Source of the DNA: the human T2T-CHM13v2.0 reference genome, Homo sapiens
Assembly (NCBI RefSeq): GCF_009914755.1
Contig: NC_060926.1
Length of the DNA stretch: 64,000 nucleotides
Direction: 5' to 3' (one strand)
Below the pieces are notes generated by a model that searched no databases, was not told the DNA's origin, and saw nothing but the letters and a program-made list of their open reading frames with translations. A program made the position numbers and the translations under genes. Shown here one piece after another: positions 29,558 to 56,094 of the stretch (the stretch's first letter is position 1; every line of letters starts with the position of its first letter).

Positions 29558-31449
29558 CTATCAGGCAGTCAAGTAATTTTCTATCAAGTTCTAAACAAAA
29601 ACTCACTATAGGCCTTTAAAAGCTGACATGAGATACCTACATATGTTTCTTTTCCCAGTTATGGTAGCTTTCTCAAATGAATTTAAATAACTTCCTACTT
29701 CCCACTACATCCTGCTTGATGGAATGTATCTGTGCTAATTATCTTATTACTTACTATTACTAAAGCATACCCAGGAAAAACCAACAGAGTACAGTACTTT
29801 TTATCAGTTGAGAACTTTTAAAATGCTAATTTCTGTGATTGCATAATTTCATAACTCAGCACTCTTGAGGATTTCGCATTTGGGTAGTAGATGAAATTTG
29901 AATTGTTTATTTTGATGTGAGATGCTTGTTCTAATTATTGAGCAATTTATATATTGTGAAGCTAGTTTATATAATTCTCAATACATGGACACAGAGCTGG
30001 AAATATATTAATATTCTCCAAAGCTATACTATCATGGAAAAGAGAATAGTCTCTGAACCAAGTAGTTGCAGATCCATGAGACCAGAGGAGCCGTTGAGTC
30101 TGTTCTTTTCGGGAAGCAAGATAAGCATGGCTGGTGCTTTATTAACCTCCATGTAGGATTCAGATTTACCCCAGTGAAAGGCATGGCAAATTCATCAGGA
30201 CTACAAACAAACCATGTTCTGAGATGGATGGGATTAGCAGGTCAGCCCCCTCGGCAACTGGAGGGGCACCACCTAGATCCTTATGAAGCGGAGATTTGGC
30301 AGATTAAAAACACTCTGCCTCAAAATTACTTACATAACATCCATCATGTAGAAGCAGTGTGTTTAACCCATGATTGGGGTAATGTTTTTAAGTAAATATT
30401 CTATCAACAATGATTGGGCTTTTTTGTTTGTTTGTTTTTTTAAAGGGCAAGGGCCAGAGTCATTTTGGCAAAATAGAATCCCCAAAGACCAGCCCCTGGA
30501 ATAACACTTATTGCAGCAAAGCTTCACGTAAAATTTGTAAAATGGGTATGAAAAAAAATTTGCACAAAATGCGGGTGTTGAGGACAGTGGGGACAGTGGG
30601 GACAGTGGGAATTCTACAGATTGGAAATGAAATCAGGAGTAGTTCAGTGTTTTCTCCTTGAAAGTTATATTCCTGGGGATGGGAGAGGACCAGGCAGGAG
30701 AATTCAAAAGCCTCCTACTACTGCATTCAATAAAATAAAAAGAAGACAGCATGTTAAAGAGACTAGCAATAACATTTCATAAATCTTTGAAAATAGCAAC
30801 CATGGGTATAGCACAATTAATTTCTATACACCATCTCTTTTTCATAGGGAACTTGTCAGTTTCTCCCTCCCTAGAGCTTCAGTGAGGAGTTTATGGCTTT
30901 ATTTTGCTTTGTTACAAGTGAATAGACTGAAGCAGGGTTTTTCCTCCTGTGTGGACCTACATCCAAATGTAGGAACTTCACAGATCAATTTTTGAATCCC
31001 ATTTCCTCCTTGGCCCAAAAATGCTTCTCAAAAAATAGAAAAATTATGTTGTCTGTAGTATCCTAATGGATCTCCAGGCCAGTTCTCAGGGACACTGAGT
31101 CCTATTCATAGAACAACAGTGGACTGCCTGGCCACACCTTCCCTTGATACCTGGGCATGATAGGAGAGCCTGGACTCAGCCACCCCTTCCCTAAAAATCT
31201 GCACTCCCACCAGTTAGCATAAACTAATGCATTGTCTTGTCTGTCACCTGTTCCACTCTTTGGTCCAGCTCCCATGAACCCAAACATTTCACAGGAAAGA
31301 GCATGACAGGGCAGGCCAACCCTGGTGGTGCAAGGGCCATTCCTAGTGTGTGTCTGCATTAAGGGGTTTATGTGAGGTGTCATCAGATCTTGGGAAAGGA
31401 AGCTTGGCAGCGCCAGTGCTCAGGGCCTTATGGACAGCAGGGCTAGTCA

Positions 31450-31665
31450 TTGTGCCCTGACCTATGATTCCTTTTTTTGTGTAAATAACCTCTATCACTT
31501 TCTAACATTCTATATGCCACTCTTACTTATTACCCCTATTGTTTATTGTGTCTGCCCCTCATTAACTGCTAAACTCCATAAGGGCAGAGATCTTTGTTCA
31601 CTACCACATCCCCAGTGTGTAGAACAAAGCCAGGCACAGAATAAGCACTGAATAAAATCAAATGA
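31450..31665 (+). mobile_element. L2 3' end
   Basis: taaactccataagggcagagatctttgttcact...gcactgaataaa. Confidence 0.7.
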
Positions 31666-32641
31666 GCAACAAGGAACAGATTTCACCATCAGGGAGAAAA
31701 GGAGTCTGACACGCTGACCCACACGTAACAGTGGAGGCAGGAGTTAGAGGGAGTAAGGATTCTGGGTGCAACATGGCAATGGATATTTGCGCTCATTTTA
31801 CCTTACCTAGCCTAGTGCAGGTATTGCATGGAGGAAGAGACCATGCTTGTGAACTAGAGAGAGGCTTTGTTAAATTCCCTAATACTTCAGGACAAGCAAC
31901 CTTACTGTGCAGCTTTCTTAGCAGAGCATGACCCACGGAAGATGTCTCCTTTTTCACTTTAGAAAGACTCAAGCACTGTCTTTTTGAGGACTATAAGCTC
32001 TCACAGATTGGGTGCATCAGAAGCAATCTGTCCCTGGTAAGTGGGGAGGCCTACGCGGAGCACTGGGACCAGGGGCAACACTCAGCTTAGGGTGTGGACT
32101 GGCCATCCTGAGCAGGCGACTCTGGTAATGCGGAAAGCAGGGCCATACTCCAGTCTCTCTCACCACCCACCTGGAGCTCTGCAGGAACTTCCCAGCTACC
32201 CTCCAGCTTTCACAAACTATTCTGTGTACCAACACTAGATCATCTCTATTAATCTCACTCACTCTCAGCAATGACTTTTCAGAAGCATGAAAACAACCTC
32301 CCATCAACTTCTGGTTTGGAGTGCTGAACACAATTCAGCCTGCCAGCTCTTAGTTCCCACCCCTACCTGCAATCCAAGTTCACACTGGCACTGATGGGAC
32401 TTCACAGAAGAGGTTGTTCCATTTGATATCTTAAGTCTATGTTGAACTCTGACGCACACCTCAGTCCTTCCATCCTCTACCCAGAGCATCCAAGCTCCAC
32501 ATTAATCCTTCCTTCTCTACTACCACACCTGAGATTCTAAGCACTACTGCTAAAAAGTATATTAATGCAGATTGATGCCACTCACAAAATCATCATCTCT
32601 AGTCCTAGCTGGGCCTATAACACTCTCCCAAGTCCGAGTCC

Positions 32642-33087
32642 TGTGATGGTTAATACTGAGTGTCAACTTGACTGGATTGAAGGATACAAAGTATTGATCC
32701 TGGGTATGTCTGTGAGGGTGTTGCCAAAGGAGATTATCATTTGAGTCAGTGGGCTGGGAAAGGCAGACCCACCCTTAATGTGGATGGGCACCATCTAATC
32801 AGCTGCCAGTGTGGCTAGAATATAAAGCAGGCAGAAAAATGTGAAAGGAAGAGACGAGACAAGACGAGCCTCCCAGCCCACATCTTTCGCCCATGCTGGA
32901 TGCTTCCTGTCCTCGAACGTGGGACTCCAAGTTCCTCAGTTTTGGGACTCAGCTGACTCTCCTTGCTCCTCAGCCTGTAGATGGCCTATTGTGGGACCTT
33001 GTGATCATGTAAGTTAATACTTAATAAACTCCTCTTAATATGTATATCCTATTAGTTCTGTCCCTCTAGAGAACCCTGATTAATACA
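32642..33087 (+). mobile_element. MLT2A (HERV-L) solo LTR
   Basis: tgtgatggttaatactgagtgtcaacttga ... gaaccctgattaataca; TG...CA ends; 5-bp TSD agtcc (32637-32641, 33088-33092). Confidence 0.93.
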
Positions 33088-33194
33088 AGTCCCGAACAAG
33101 CTCCCACTCCCATCCCCTTCTGCATTCTATTTCAAGATTTCATCCCTCTCTTCAATCCTCGTGCTCTCTCTCCCACCTCCCCTACCCCTAGGGT

Positions 33195-33430
33195 GTAGTA
33201 GAAGCAATGGGGCATAACAAAGGGGGCATGGACTTTGGTGCCAAATGAATCCTGGCTCAACTCTCTGCTGCTTAGTTGGATAAACCTAAGTGATTTATTT
33301 TTTTCTGCAAAATGAGGATAATAATTCTCACCTTGTAAGGTTGCTAGAGTATTAAGTGAGATAATTTATATAAGGCATCCAGAATGCCACCTGACACAAA
33401 GCACACTACTCAACACATAGTAGCTGTTAT
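33195..33430 (+). mobile_element. MIR
   Basis: tctgcaaaatgaggataataatt...gtattaagtgagataat. Confidence 0.7.
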
Positions 33431-33643
33431 GATGGGGATCATCATTGTCTGCAGACTATCTGGATTCCTGGGCTCTCTTTGGAGTAGAGAGAGGCTGCAA
33501 GGTAGGAACTCCCTTTACTTCCTACTGGGATTTCCAAATGTTAAATCCAGCTGCACCCATCATGAGCTGACCCTGCCATTTCCACAAATAAGTTGCTCTT
33601 CCTTCTCTCACCAGCACTTACTCCTCTTTGCTGTGCTCTTAAC

Positions 33644-33795
33644 CAGAGTTTCTCAAACTTAATGCACTCACAGATCATCTGGAACCTTAATATCAGATTC
33701 TGATTCAGTAGGTCTGGAACAGACTGAGATCCCATATTTCTGACAATCTCCCAGGTGATGTTGATGCTGCTGGTCCAAAGCCCAGCATCTATAGC
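33644..33795. mobile_element. MER5A
   Basis: tttctcaaactt...gattctgattcagtaggtctgg...cccaggtgatgttgatgctgctggtcc. Confidence 0.8.
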
Positions 33796-34739
33796 ATAAG
33801 GCTTTCTATCAATCACATTCTGTCCTGCTGCACCAAGGCCACAACTCCCCTCAGTCCTGACTCTCAGAGAATTCACAGGCCCTATCTCTTCTGTCTTTAG
33901 AAAGTTCCCTCCCAGCATGAGCCCTCCACCTGTTGCTCTCTTCTCCACTCTTCACAGCCTCATTCCTTGGAAGGTAACTCTTACTACTGGCCCTTCTTCA
34001 CCTCCCCCTCCCTCCCTTGCTCACTAATCTAGCTTTTGCCTCCAACACAGTCTTGAAACTGATGTTATTTAATGTCACAGTTACTTTCTGTTTCTTACAT
34101 TAAATGACCTCCCTGCCTCTCTGTAGCATTCACTACTGTGGAGTCCCTCCCTTTGTGTTTCGGTGTCACACTTTCCTCTGTTTTGCCCCCTGCTCTCTGA
34201 TCCTGCCTTCACATGTGACTACACTTGAAAATCCCACAGGTACCTAAAACCCAACATATCTAGCTCTAGACGTATCTTCCTCCCTCACTTCACCACACAT
34301 GTTTACTCAGTACCTACCATGTACCAAACCCACTTCTAGGCACTGAAGGAAAAGCTGTAAACAAAACAGGCAAAAATCCCTGGCCTCATGGAGCTGACAA
34401 TGGGAAAGTCAGACAAGAAAGAAAATCACTTGTATAGAAGGTGACACCTACAAGTCAGGACGGAGGGATAGGGTGTGCTAGAGGCACAAAGCTGTCTGAG
34501 AAAAGAGCTTTCTAAAGAGGGAATGGCCAGTGCCAAGGTCCTGAAGTGAGAGCAAAGCTGGTATGTTCCAGAAACAGCAAGGAAGTCAGTGTAGACAGAG
34601 GGAAGTGAGTGAGGGGAGGAGGAGGAATGTATTCATTATCTATTGCTTCTTACAAATTACACCAAAACTTAGTGGCTTAAAACGGCAAACATTTGTTATA
34701 TCACAGTTTCTGTGGGTCAGGAATCTGGACGCAGATTAG

Positions 34740-35637
34740 TATTGCAGGATCTGGTCAGCAGCCCACAATGCAATGGGGCTCTCTCTTTGTTCCCAGGTGT
34801 ATTGGCAGGTTGAGAAATAATAGACACACACAAGATAGTGAAAGCTGGGTCCAGGGGGTTCACTGCCTTCCGGTCCCATGGTGCCAACAATGCACTGGAT
34901 ATACCAGCGTTTATTATTAAGTTTAGTGAGGGTGGGGGTAGGTTAGTGAGGGATTTAGGGTCATTTGATTATGAGGTGAGATGGTCACATGGGGATGAAG
35001 TAATTCTTTCACATAACATTTGTATGTAGAAGTACAGTACATTTGTATGTAGAAGTACAGTATAGAGAGATAAGAATTTACAATATAGTGTGTGTGTCAG
35101 TAATTTCTAACAGAGCCTTAAAACAGAAACACAATCTTTCCATAACCTATGATTAGCAAGATATTAATCAGCAGTAACAATTGCAACAAAAGCTGGTTAC
35201 AAACAATCCATGGAAACAGGACGTGAAGCTAGACAACCGGTTAGACCAGAAATTCCCAGAAGGGAGTATGCCTTAACCCTAAAGAGGCCTAGAAGAGCTG
35301 TGGCAAGATGAGGGCGTTTATAGCCCTATCTTATCCATACGGACAGCCACCTCCCCATGCATCCGTTTATAGGCTCTCCACAAGGGTCGCATTCCATTCC
35401 TAGAGCTATGAACATCTGCCTTTCTAGGATAGGAATCTTGGTGATGTGAAACCTCCCTGACTGCACGTCCATTCATAGGCTCTCTGCAGGGGGAATCACA
35501 TCACGTGCAGTTGGCTCATTCTGGCAGTCCAACCTGGCATTGTCTTTACACAATCCTGCATGCAACTTTGTATTTACAATAATCAGGAGCATTTCATCTT
35601 TTATTCCATAGCAACAGTTTCAGGGGGTCTCCTTACA
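34740..35637 (-). repeat. 3' LTR (MER11D-like)
   Basis: Begins TGTAAGGAGACCCCCTGAAAC on the minus strand right after the PPT; ~898 bp. Confidence 0.88.
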
Positions 35638-35649
35638 TCTCCCCCTTCT

Positions 35650-37612
35650 CTCTGATTTAAATGAACCATAGCAATCATAGCTTGGCACTGATCACAATTG
35701 GACTGAAGAATATTTTTTCCAATTTTACACATGAACAATAAACCAATAGTACAAATTATACACAGAACAAAATTAACGATAGTGGATCCTCCCAAAGATT
35801 TTACCTATTGAATGGGGTTGAGATTAGATAATCCCTCAGAGATACTGTCTAAAACTTCAGCACCGGGTAAAGCAGTTAAGTGTGCTTGAGAGGCCTCAAA
35901 AATCTGTTCTTTTAGTTTGCTTATGTCTAAAGCTTTAAATTATCTTCACTTCCTTGTAAATGGCATTTTACTGATTCCCAATTGTGAACAGACTCATTAT
36001 ATTGAAATGGAGTTATACAAAAATCAGAAGTATTCCAATCACATTGCATTTGTAATCTATGTTCTAAACTCATAATTCTACCTCCCATCCATATAACAGT
36101 TTGTCTTAGATCATTAATTTGATTAGCCAATTTTTGATCAATACCTGAGAATTCCACATCCGAGTAGAATTTTTTTGCCATTTATCCACAAAATGAACAG
36201 TTTGAATAGATTGACGTAATGCAACTCCAGCAGTAGCAGCAATCACAGTAACAGCAATCAAGCCCATTATTATTGCAATTAATGTAAAAATAAATTGTTT
36301 ACTCCTTTTAAGAATTTTCTGTAGAATATTGTTAATAACATGGATAAAGGGGGAAGATTCCCAAGGCCTATGTAAGGCTACAGGGAGCCAAATATCTTGT
36401 CTGGCTCTGACTATTAAAATACTATGATATTGATTAAAGGATGAGTCAATACAAGTATACAAGTAACAATTAACACAGGTAATTATGTTGGTTTTTGAAC
36501 TAATATGCAACTTTCCTGCTAATAACATATATGGTGGTTTAACACAACTTTTAAGTGGTATAGTTTTGTTGGACTCCATATAGAGAGTATATACATTTTG
36601 AGGTGACAAAGTGGATTTACTTATAACACTTTCTCCAGCCCAAACTCTCATACCAGTCATAGCTATTGTTAATCTCCATAATTTGGAATGTTCAGGTCCT
36701 ATGTGGGGAACAATGAGCCTTGGCTTTGGAGGCGCAACCCCTGCCCCTTTCCACTTAAGAGGAAAAAAGGAGTTAAATCTACGATATAATAGGGGAGGGC
36801 TGTCACTACGTTTTTGATAAGTAATATTATAGAGAAAATGTTGACAATCTCTGTGACCTTGAGAGCAATCATTAGTAATATGACCTTTAGGAGCCCAATC
36901 AACAATGGTGTAGTGAGAAGAATTAAATAACACGGTTCCTTCTGAGCTAACACAGTCTTTCCATATTAATTTTGTCAGCATTTGAAGACAAGTTGAGAGG
37001 ACACACAGGTCTAAAGGCTTATATTGGGATGTGTGAATATAATCAGTGATTACTGTTTTGATCTGCCTTAGAGGTTTTAATGAGAGCCCTGATACCAAGT
37101 GTCCTAAAGGAGGGACAGAGTGACCAGACGGTAGTGTGACAGCCCAAGTTTGAATATCTAATGAGAGACATACATTAGTGGGTCCCAGGCAGAAAGGTGG
37201 ATACCTAAAACCTAAAGTGATATTGAAAGGGGTTCCTTCTTCTGAAGGTTGTGCAGGACAACGATCATCTAGAGAACCAGGCATCCAAATACTATCATTA
37301 ACATAGACCTCGATAGGAGCATCCATCCATGTCACGGCTCGAATAAGAGGAGGAAAAGGAATATAGGCCCAATATGTATAGTTTTTAACAGTCTGTGGCG
37401 TAACAGAGGTAGAAGGATCAGTGTCATCAGGAGGAGGCAGAGGTTGAGCCAGACCTGGATCGCTGGAGACAAGTTGTTCAGGATGGCTGTCTGGATTGTC
37501 TGTTGTAAAGGAGTTAGCGTGGTATTTTCTTCTTTTTGATGATTGGATGTGTTAGTTGTTTCCTGCTGTGGTGCTTTTTCAGCAAATTTCTCTGTCTCGT
37601 TGTTGCATGCAT
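35650..37612 (-). pseudogene. env: HERV-K env, frameshifted; longest open piece 36106-37335 (SU + fusion peptide)
   Basis: NYTYWAYIPFPPLIRAVTWMD, SCVKPPYMLL, RSKQ|FIFTLIA (furin site mutated), [14 protein letters not shown]...CDWNTSDFC, hydrophobic anchor in 35601-35795. Confidence 0.92.
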
Positions 37613-37615
37613 CTT

Positions 37616-38530
37616 CAGGATCTGGTCAGCAGCCCACAATGCAATGGGGCTCTCTCTTTGTTCCCAGGCAGATCAGCAGGTTGGGAAATAATAGACACAC
37701 ACAAGATAGTGAAAGCTGGGTCCAGGGGGGTCACCGCCTTCTGGTCCCATGGTGCCAACAATGCTCTGGATATACCAGCGTTTATTATTAAGTTTAGTGA
37801 GGGTGGGGGTAGGTTAGTGAGGGATTTAGGGTCATTTGATTATGAGGTGAGATGGTCACATGGGGATGAAGTAATTAACATAACATTTGTATGTAGAAGT
37901 ACAGTACATTTGTATGTAGAAGTACAGTACATTTGTATGTAGAAGTACAGCATAGAGAGATAAGAATTTACAATATAGTGTGTGCGTCAGTAATTTCTAA
38001 CAGAGCCTTAAAACAGAAGCACAATCTTTCCATAACCTATGATTAGCAAGATATTAATCAGCAGTAACAATTGCAACAAAAGCTGGTTACAAACAATCCA
38101 CGGAAACAGGATGTGAAGCTAGACAACCAGTTAGACCAGAAATTCTCAGAAGGGAGTATGCCTTAACCCTAAAGAGGCCTAGAAGAGCTGTGGCAAGATG
38201 AGGGCGTTTCTAGCCCTATCTTATCCATATGGACAGGCGCCCCACCCCCATGCATCCGTTTATAGGCTCTCCACAAGGGTCGCATTCCATTCCTAGAGCT
38301 ATGAACATCTGCCTTTCTAGGATAGGAATCTTGGTGATGTGAAACCTCCCTGACTGCACGTCCATTCATAGGCTCTCTGCAGGGGGAATCACATCACGTG
38401 CAGTTGGCTCATTCTGGCAGTCCAACCTGGCATTGTCTTTACACAATCCTGCATGCAACTTTGTATTTACAATAATCAGGAGCATTTCATCTTTTATTCC
38501 GTAGCAATAGTTTCAGGGGGTCTCCCTGCA
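37616..38530 (-). repeat. 5' LTR (MER11D-like), last few bases deleted
   Basis: Nearly identical to 34740-35637 but lacks the terminal CAATA and is not followed by a PBS. Confidence 0.88.
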
Positions 38531-38788
38531 GCTTAGCTGGGTGCTTGTGGCTCAAGGTCTGTTGTGAGGTTACAGTGAAGCTGTTGGCCAGAGCTGCAGT
38601 CTCATGTGAAGTCTCAGTTTGGGGACGAGGGTTGGGGATCCACTTCCAAGCTCACTCCCAACCACGTCTCTCACCACATGGGACTCTTTACAGGACTGCG
38701 TTGCCATGTGGCAGCTGTCTTCCCCTGGAGAGAGTGAGAGAAAGCACACAAGATAGAAACCACAGTCTTTTTCAAACCTCATCTCTAA

Positions 38789-39087
<299 letters not shown>

Positions 39088-39557
39088 TAAGCCCAAAGAG
39101 AGGTAATTAAACAGAATGTGAATACCAAGAAGTGGGGATCATTAAAGGACCACCTTAGAGGCTGTCCACCATAATATGAGGTAAGGCTTATAAGGACTTT
39201 GGCTTTTACTCCAAGTGAGATGATAAATCTTTGGAGGGTTTCAAACAAACAAACAACATGATTTCTTTGCTTTTTCCAAACCAAAAAAAAAACACTTCTT
39301 CCTTAAGAATTTCATACAAATACCTCAGTCTAACATTCCAGGCAAAACTCCACTTTGCTTTTACAGACTGTACTTCCATGACACATAACAGGCTGAGGCC
39401 AATTAATAAGAGTTTACTGTACTGGTTAAGAGTTCAATTCTAGAGACAGAGTGCCTGAGCTGGAATGTCAGCTCCTCTTCCATTTATTAACTATATTAGG
39501 CAAGTCATCAAATCTCTCTGCCTCTTTCTCTATAGATAGTGACAATAATTGTACTTT

Positions 39558-40397
<840 letters not shown>

Positions 40398-40560
40398 TGA
40401 GTTAGTTCATATGGAGTATCTGGTACATAGTAAGGGCTCAATAAATTATTATGACACCCTTCTAATATAACACCTTTCTTCAGGCAAGTTACAAGATGCT
40501 CTTCCTTCCCACCTTTCACACATATTTTAAGCTCCATATTAAATACTACAACTTATATGA

Positions 40561-40910
<350 letters not shown>

Positions 40911-41650
40911 TAGAAATGACCTTTATAATCTGAATTGTGTACCTGTTTTGGAGCACATGTCACATTCTGCCATGTATTACAATGTACCTGTTTTTCCCAC
41001 CTGTCCCCTAGATTTTAAACCCTTTGAATGTAGGAGCTGATCTTACCCTTGTATTTGCTTTGCATACAACTGACCCTCAGGAAGTAATCTTGCAACTTGG
41101 CAGTTGTTCTCAACCTTCATTTCAAAAGCCAAAAGCCAACTATTTCTACCTTTAAATCGGCTCCACCCTTCTAAATACTGAGAATCTAAATCTTACATCC
41201 TTTACTTATATAGTTCTAAAAAGAAAAATGCTCAAGTTTCAACTTTCATGTAAGAAAGCCTGAACTACTTAATGTTCAGAAAATCAGTAATTTCCAATGT
41301 TGCAGTGTGGCTAATTGTTAAGGTTCCTAACCCTAGCCTACTGTACAGTTTTGAAGCTAGAAATTGTGCCTTAATCCTTTCACAATGTGAGGATATATTA
41401 AAATATCCTCAATTAGTGCTTATTTGAATTAGAAATGAATCAAAATGATTTTCTGTCTTGAGAAGAGCAACTTTTAAATATCATATAAAGTGATACATGC
41501 TTGCTTAAAAAACAAGTAAAAACTTAAAACAATACAAAAGGAATACAGTGAAAACTACCTTCCTCCCACAAGCCTTACCCCAAGTCCCTGTTAACAGTTT
41601 CTTATGCCATTAATATGCAAGGAAATAAATATGCACATTCTTACATTCTT

Positions 41651-47779
<6,129 letters not shown>

Positions 47780-48666
47780 CTTATATTCTTATAAATCAAA
47801 CTCTGATATTACAAAACCTACAGCCACTGAAGGCATCAAAGCCCCCCTAGAAGTTCACTTTACCAACAATGGTCCATACAGCATCTTTTGTGAAGCTTTA
47901 GTATAGGATTGGATAGTAGGCTTCAAGTTTGGATATTTTTACCAAACAATTTTTTTTAAAAGAATCTTCCCATAGTCTTTCCCAGGAACCCTATAACTCT
48001 GATCAGGTCTGGGTTTTCATGACTCAAGTGTCATGTTTATGTAGGCACACTTACATCCTATGAAAACCAAAAGTCTCCATGAGAACAGTGAGAAAAGTCA
48101 AAATCAGAGTGAGCCCAACCGAAGAACGTTAAGGACAGGATTCATCCATACCCACAGTGTTCTGTCTCTGGGACTTGCTTGTCTGTTTTTAAACAAACTC
48201 TGTTCTGTGTAATTGGACCTCCGATTAATACACTGTCTCAGACAGGCTGGCCAGTATGGGCATAAACTGTCAAAAGTTTAGGATTGGATGATTTAAAATG
48301 ATCCAGATTCAATCCCCAGAATCTTGCATTTCTGCTGGACTTCTGCTGGACTGCCAGCCACCTTGATTACCCCTCCAAATGATGCCCACTTCCTGGATTA
48401 GCAGCCAGTATCACCTGACTCACCCTCTGGTGAGGCTGTATCTGAGGCTACAGAGTCTTAGATCTTCCCTGTTATTTTTCCCCCATCCCAAGCATCTATA
48501 AACTGGCCAGAAGCTTCATGAGGGTGATTTTAGCAGAGGGTAAAATTATCATAAAAGTACCATCACCATCTAAAAACAAATATACCCTGAATCCTTTTTC
48601 TTGTAATACCTTTTTTATATCAGAACTAAGGGTATACTGAAGACTAATGTTAAAAGCCACACAACG

Positions 48667-48965
48667 GGCTGGGTGCGGTGGCTCACACCTGTAATCCTAA
48701 CACTTTGGGAGGCCAAGGCAGGTGGATTGCCTGAGCTTAGGAGTTCAAGACCAGCCTGGGCAACATGGTGAAACTCCATCTCTACTAAAATACAAAAAAT
48801 TAGCTGGGCATGGTGGCACATGCCTATAATCCCAGCTACTCACGAGGCTGAGACAGGAGAATCACTTGAACCTTGGAGGCAGACATTGCAGTTAGCCAAG
48901 ATTGTGCCACTGCACTCCAGCCTGCGCAACAGAGCGAGACTCTATCTAAAAACAAACAAACAAAA
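48667..48965 (+). mobile_element. AluS in the spacer between the L1s
   Basis: Full Alu; TSD-like ccacacaa. Confidence 0.93.
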
Positions 48966-49027
48966 CCCACACAATAATGAACTAGAATGTAATTCCTCTA
49001 ATGAACTCAGCTATAATATTAATGATC

Positions 49028-54725
<5,698 letters not shown>

Positions 54726-56051
54726 ATATTAACGATCCTCACAGTGAGATTGGAAGCTTTGTAATATCTCTTAAAGATCACATTATAGGGCATCTCTGTT
54801 CTTTAAGTCTAATCTGTGATCAAAAGAAATAAAATATTGTATTTTAAACATGTTTTCTTTCTTACATATTTATAGATAAGGGGAAGGAGGAGGAGATATC
54901 CAAAGGTCTAAAAAAGAGAAAGAGAAAATGAATTTAATCAATAATGTAAACCAAGTTCGTAACCACATGTATGTAATATGCAACACCCCTGACTGACATT
55001 TCCTTGTACAAATTACCTTAGAAAGTGAACCCAGGCTTGTTTTAGAATTATTTAAGTTGTGTCAAAAATCACAACTTAGATGATCAGCTTGAACACAGGT
55101 TTTCTAAGCAAAGCTGTCTGTTTTTTTCTTTTTAGTCACAGATCGTATTATATAGTGTGTGGAATATGATTAATGCATTATTGGATATGAGCTGTGCCCC
55201 ATACTTTAGATCTGACATATTCCAGTTACCTTATTATGAAGCATGTGTGTTACGATCTCTCGCCACTATCAAAGTATAAGAGTTTGTTGGCCATACACTT
55301 GGTCTTGGGCTGGTCCCAACCCAGGTGCCAATAACTGGTTCATCATGGCCAGAAACAGGCCTAGAAATGTGACTGCCTGGCCCTACTCTCAAAAACAGAG
55401 CACTTTGAAGATAACCTAACTTCCAAGGAAGGAGCCACGCTGGAAATAACATAACTGTTTGTGTTATGTTATTGAAAAGAAAAGATCTCCATGAATTTCT
55501 TTTTTTTTTTTTTTAAGCCAACTTTGACAGCCTCTTTCCTTCCAGATGGTGCCTGGAGCCAAGCCTGTCAGAGAACCTTAGTCTCCTGCTGCCTTTTAAT
55601 GCTGGTCCTTGATTGCTAATGACCCCTGGCTGGACTGGCTTCTCAACCCATTTAACCCCTCTCTGCTGGGTCCCCATCTCATGCAGGATGAGCGGCCACG
55701 AGAGCTGGAAGTGGGAAGGTGCCAAGTCAGCCAGAGCCTCCCACCCTTCCAGAGCTGGTGGCGCGTTTCCCGGTGCCATCATGGATGTCCAAGATCATTC
55801 CAGTGAAGAGCTCATGTTAATATGATTTTCTCTATATTGTCAGATAAATGCTGCCAGGTTTCTGATTGTTAATATTTTATTTGACTAAACCAAGACAACC
55901 AAGTCCCTGAAAGAATGTTTCCTTCAGGGGTCAAGAGCTGAGGACCACTGATATGAGCCTCCTGGAATATGTTCATTTGGAAACTTAAAATTACATTGCA
56001 CTGGAACTATCTTTTAGTTTGGTCGAACTTCATGGACAAAGCATTTGCTTT

Positions 56052-56092
<41 letters not shown>
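56052..56092. repeat. (TG)n microsatellite
   Basis: Directly visible. Confidence 0.95.

Positions 56093-56094
<2 letters not shown>

Larger units (their letters stand above)
34740..38530 (-). mobile_element. HERV-K provirus (MER11D-like LTRs, probably HML-7/HERVK11D), internally deleted to LTR-env-LTR
   Basis: Two ~900-bp direct repeats, betaretroviral env between them, PPT at 35638-35653, 6-bp TSD gattag (34734-34739) / gcttag (38531-38536). Confidence 0.9.

Noticed and set aside
30581-30609. Three short tandem ggacagtggg units, and other short duplications at 1100-1121, ~2796-2822, ~48330-48352 and ~60752-60780
   Set aside because: Ordinary slippage duplications with no tail or spacer structure
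37543-37942. Near-duplicate plus-strand ORFs at 34693-35029 and 37543-37942
   Set aside because: Explained by the two LTR copies read antisense
37884-37952. 23-bp repeats as a CRISPR-like array
   Set aside because: Head-to-tail tandem with no spacers, inside an LTR in human DNA
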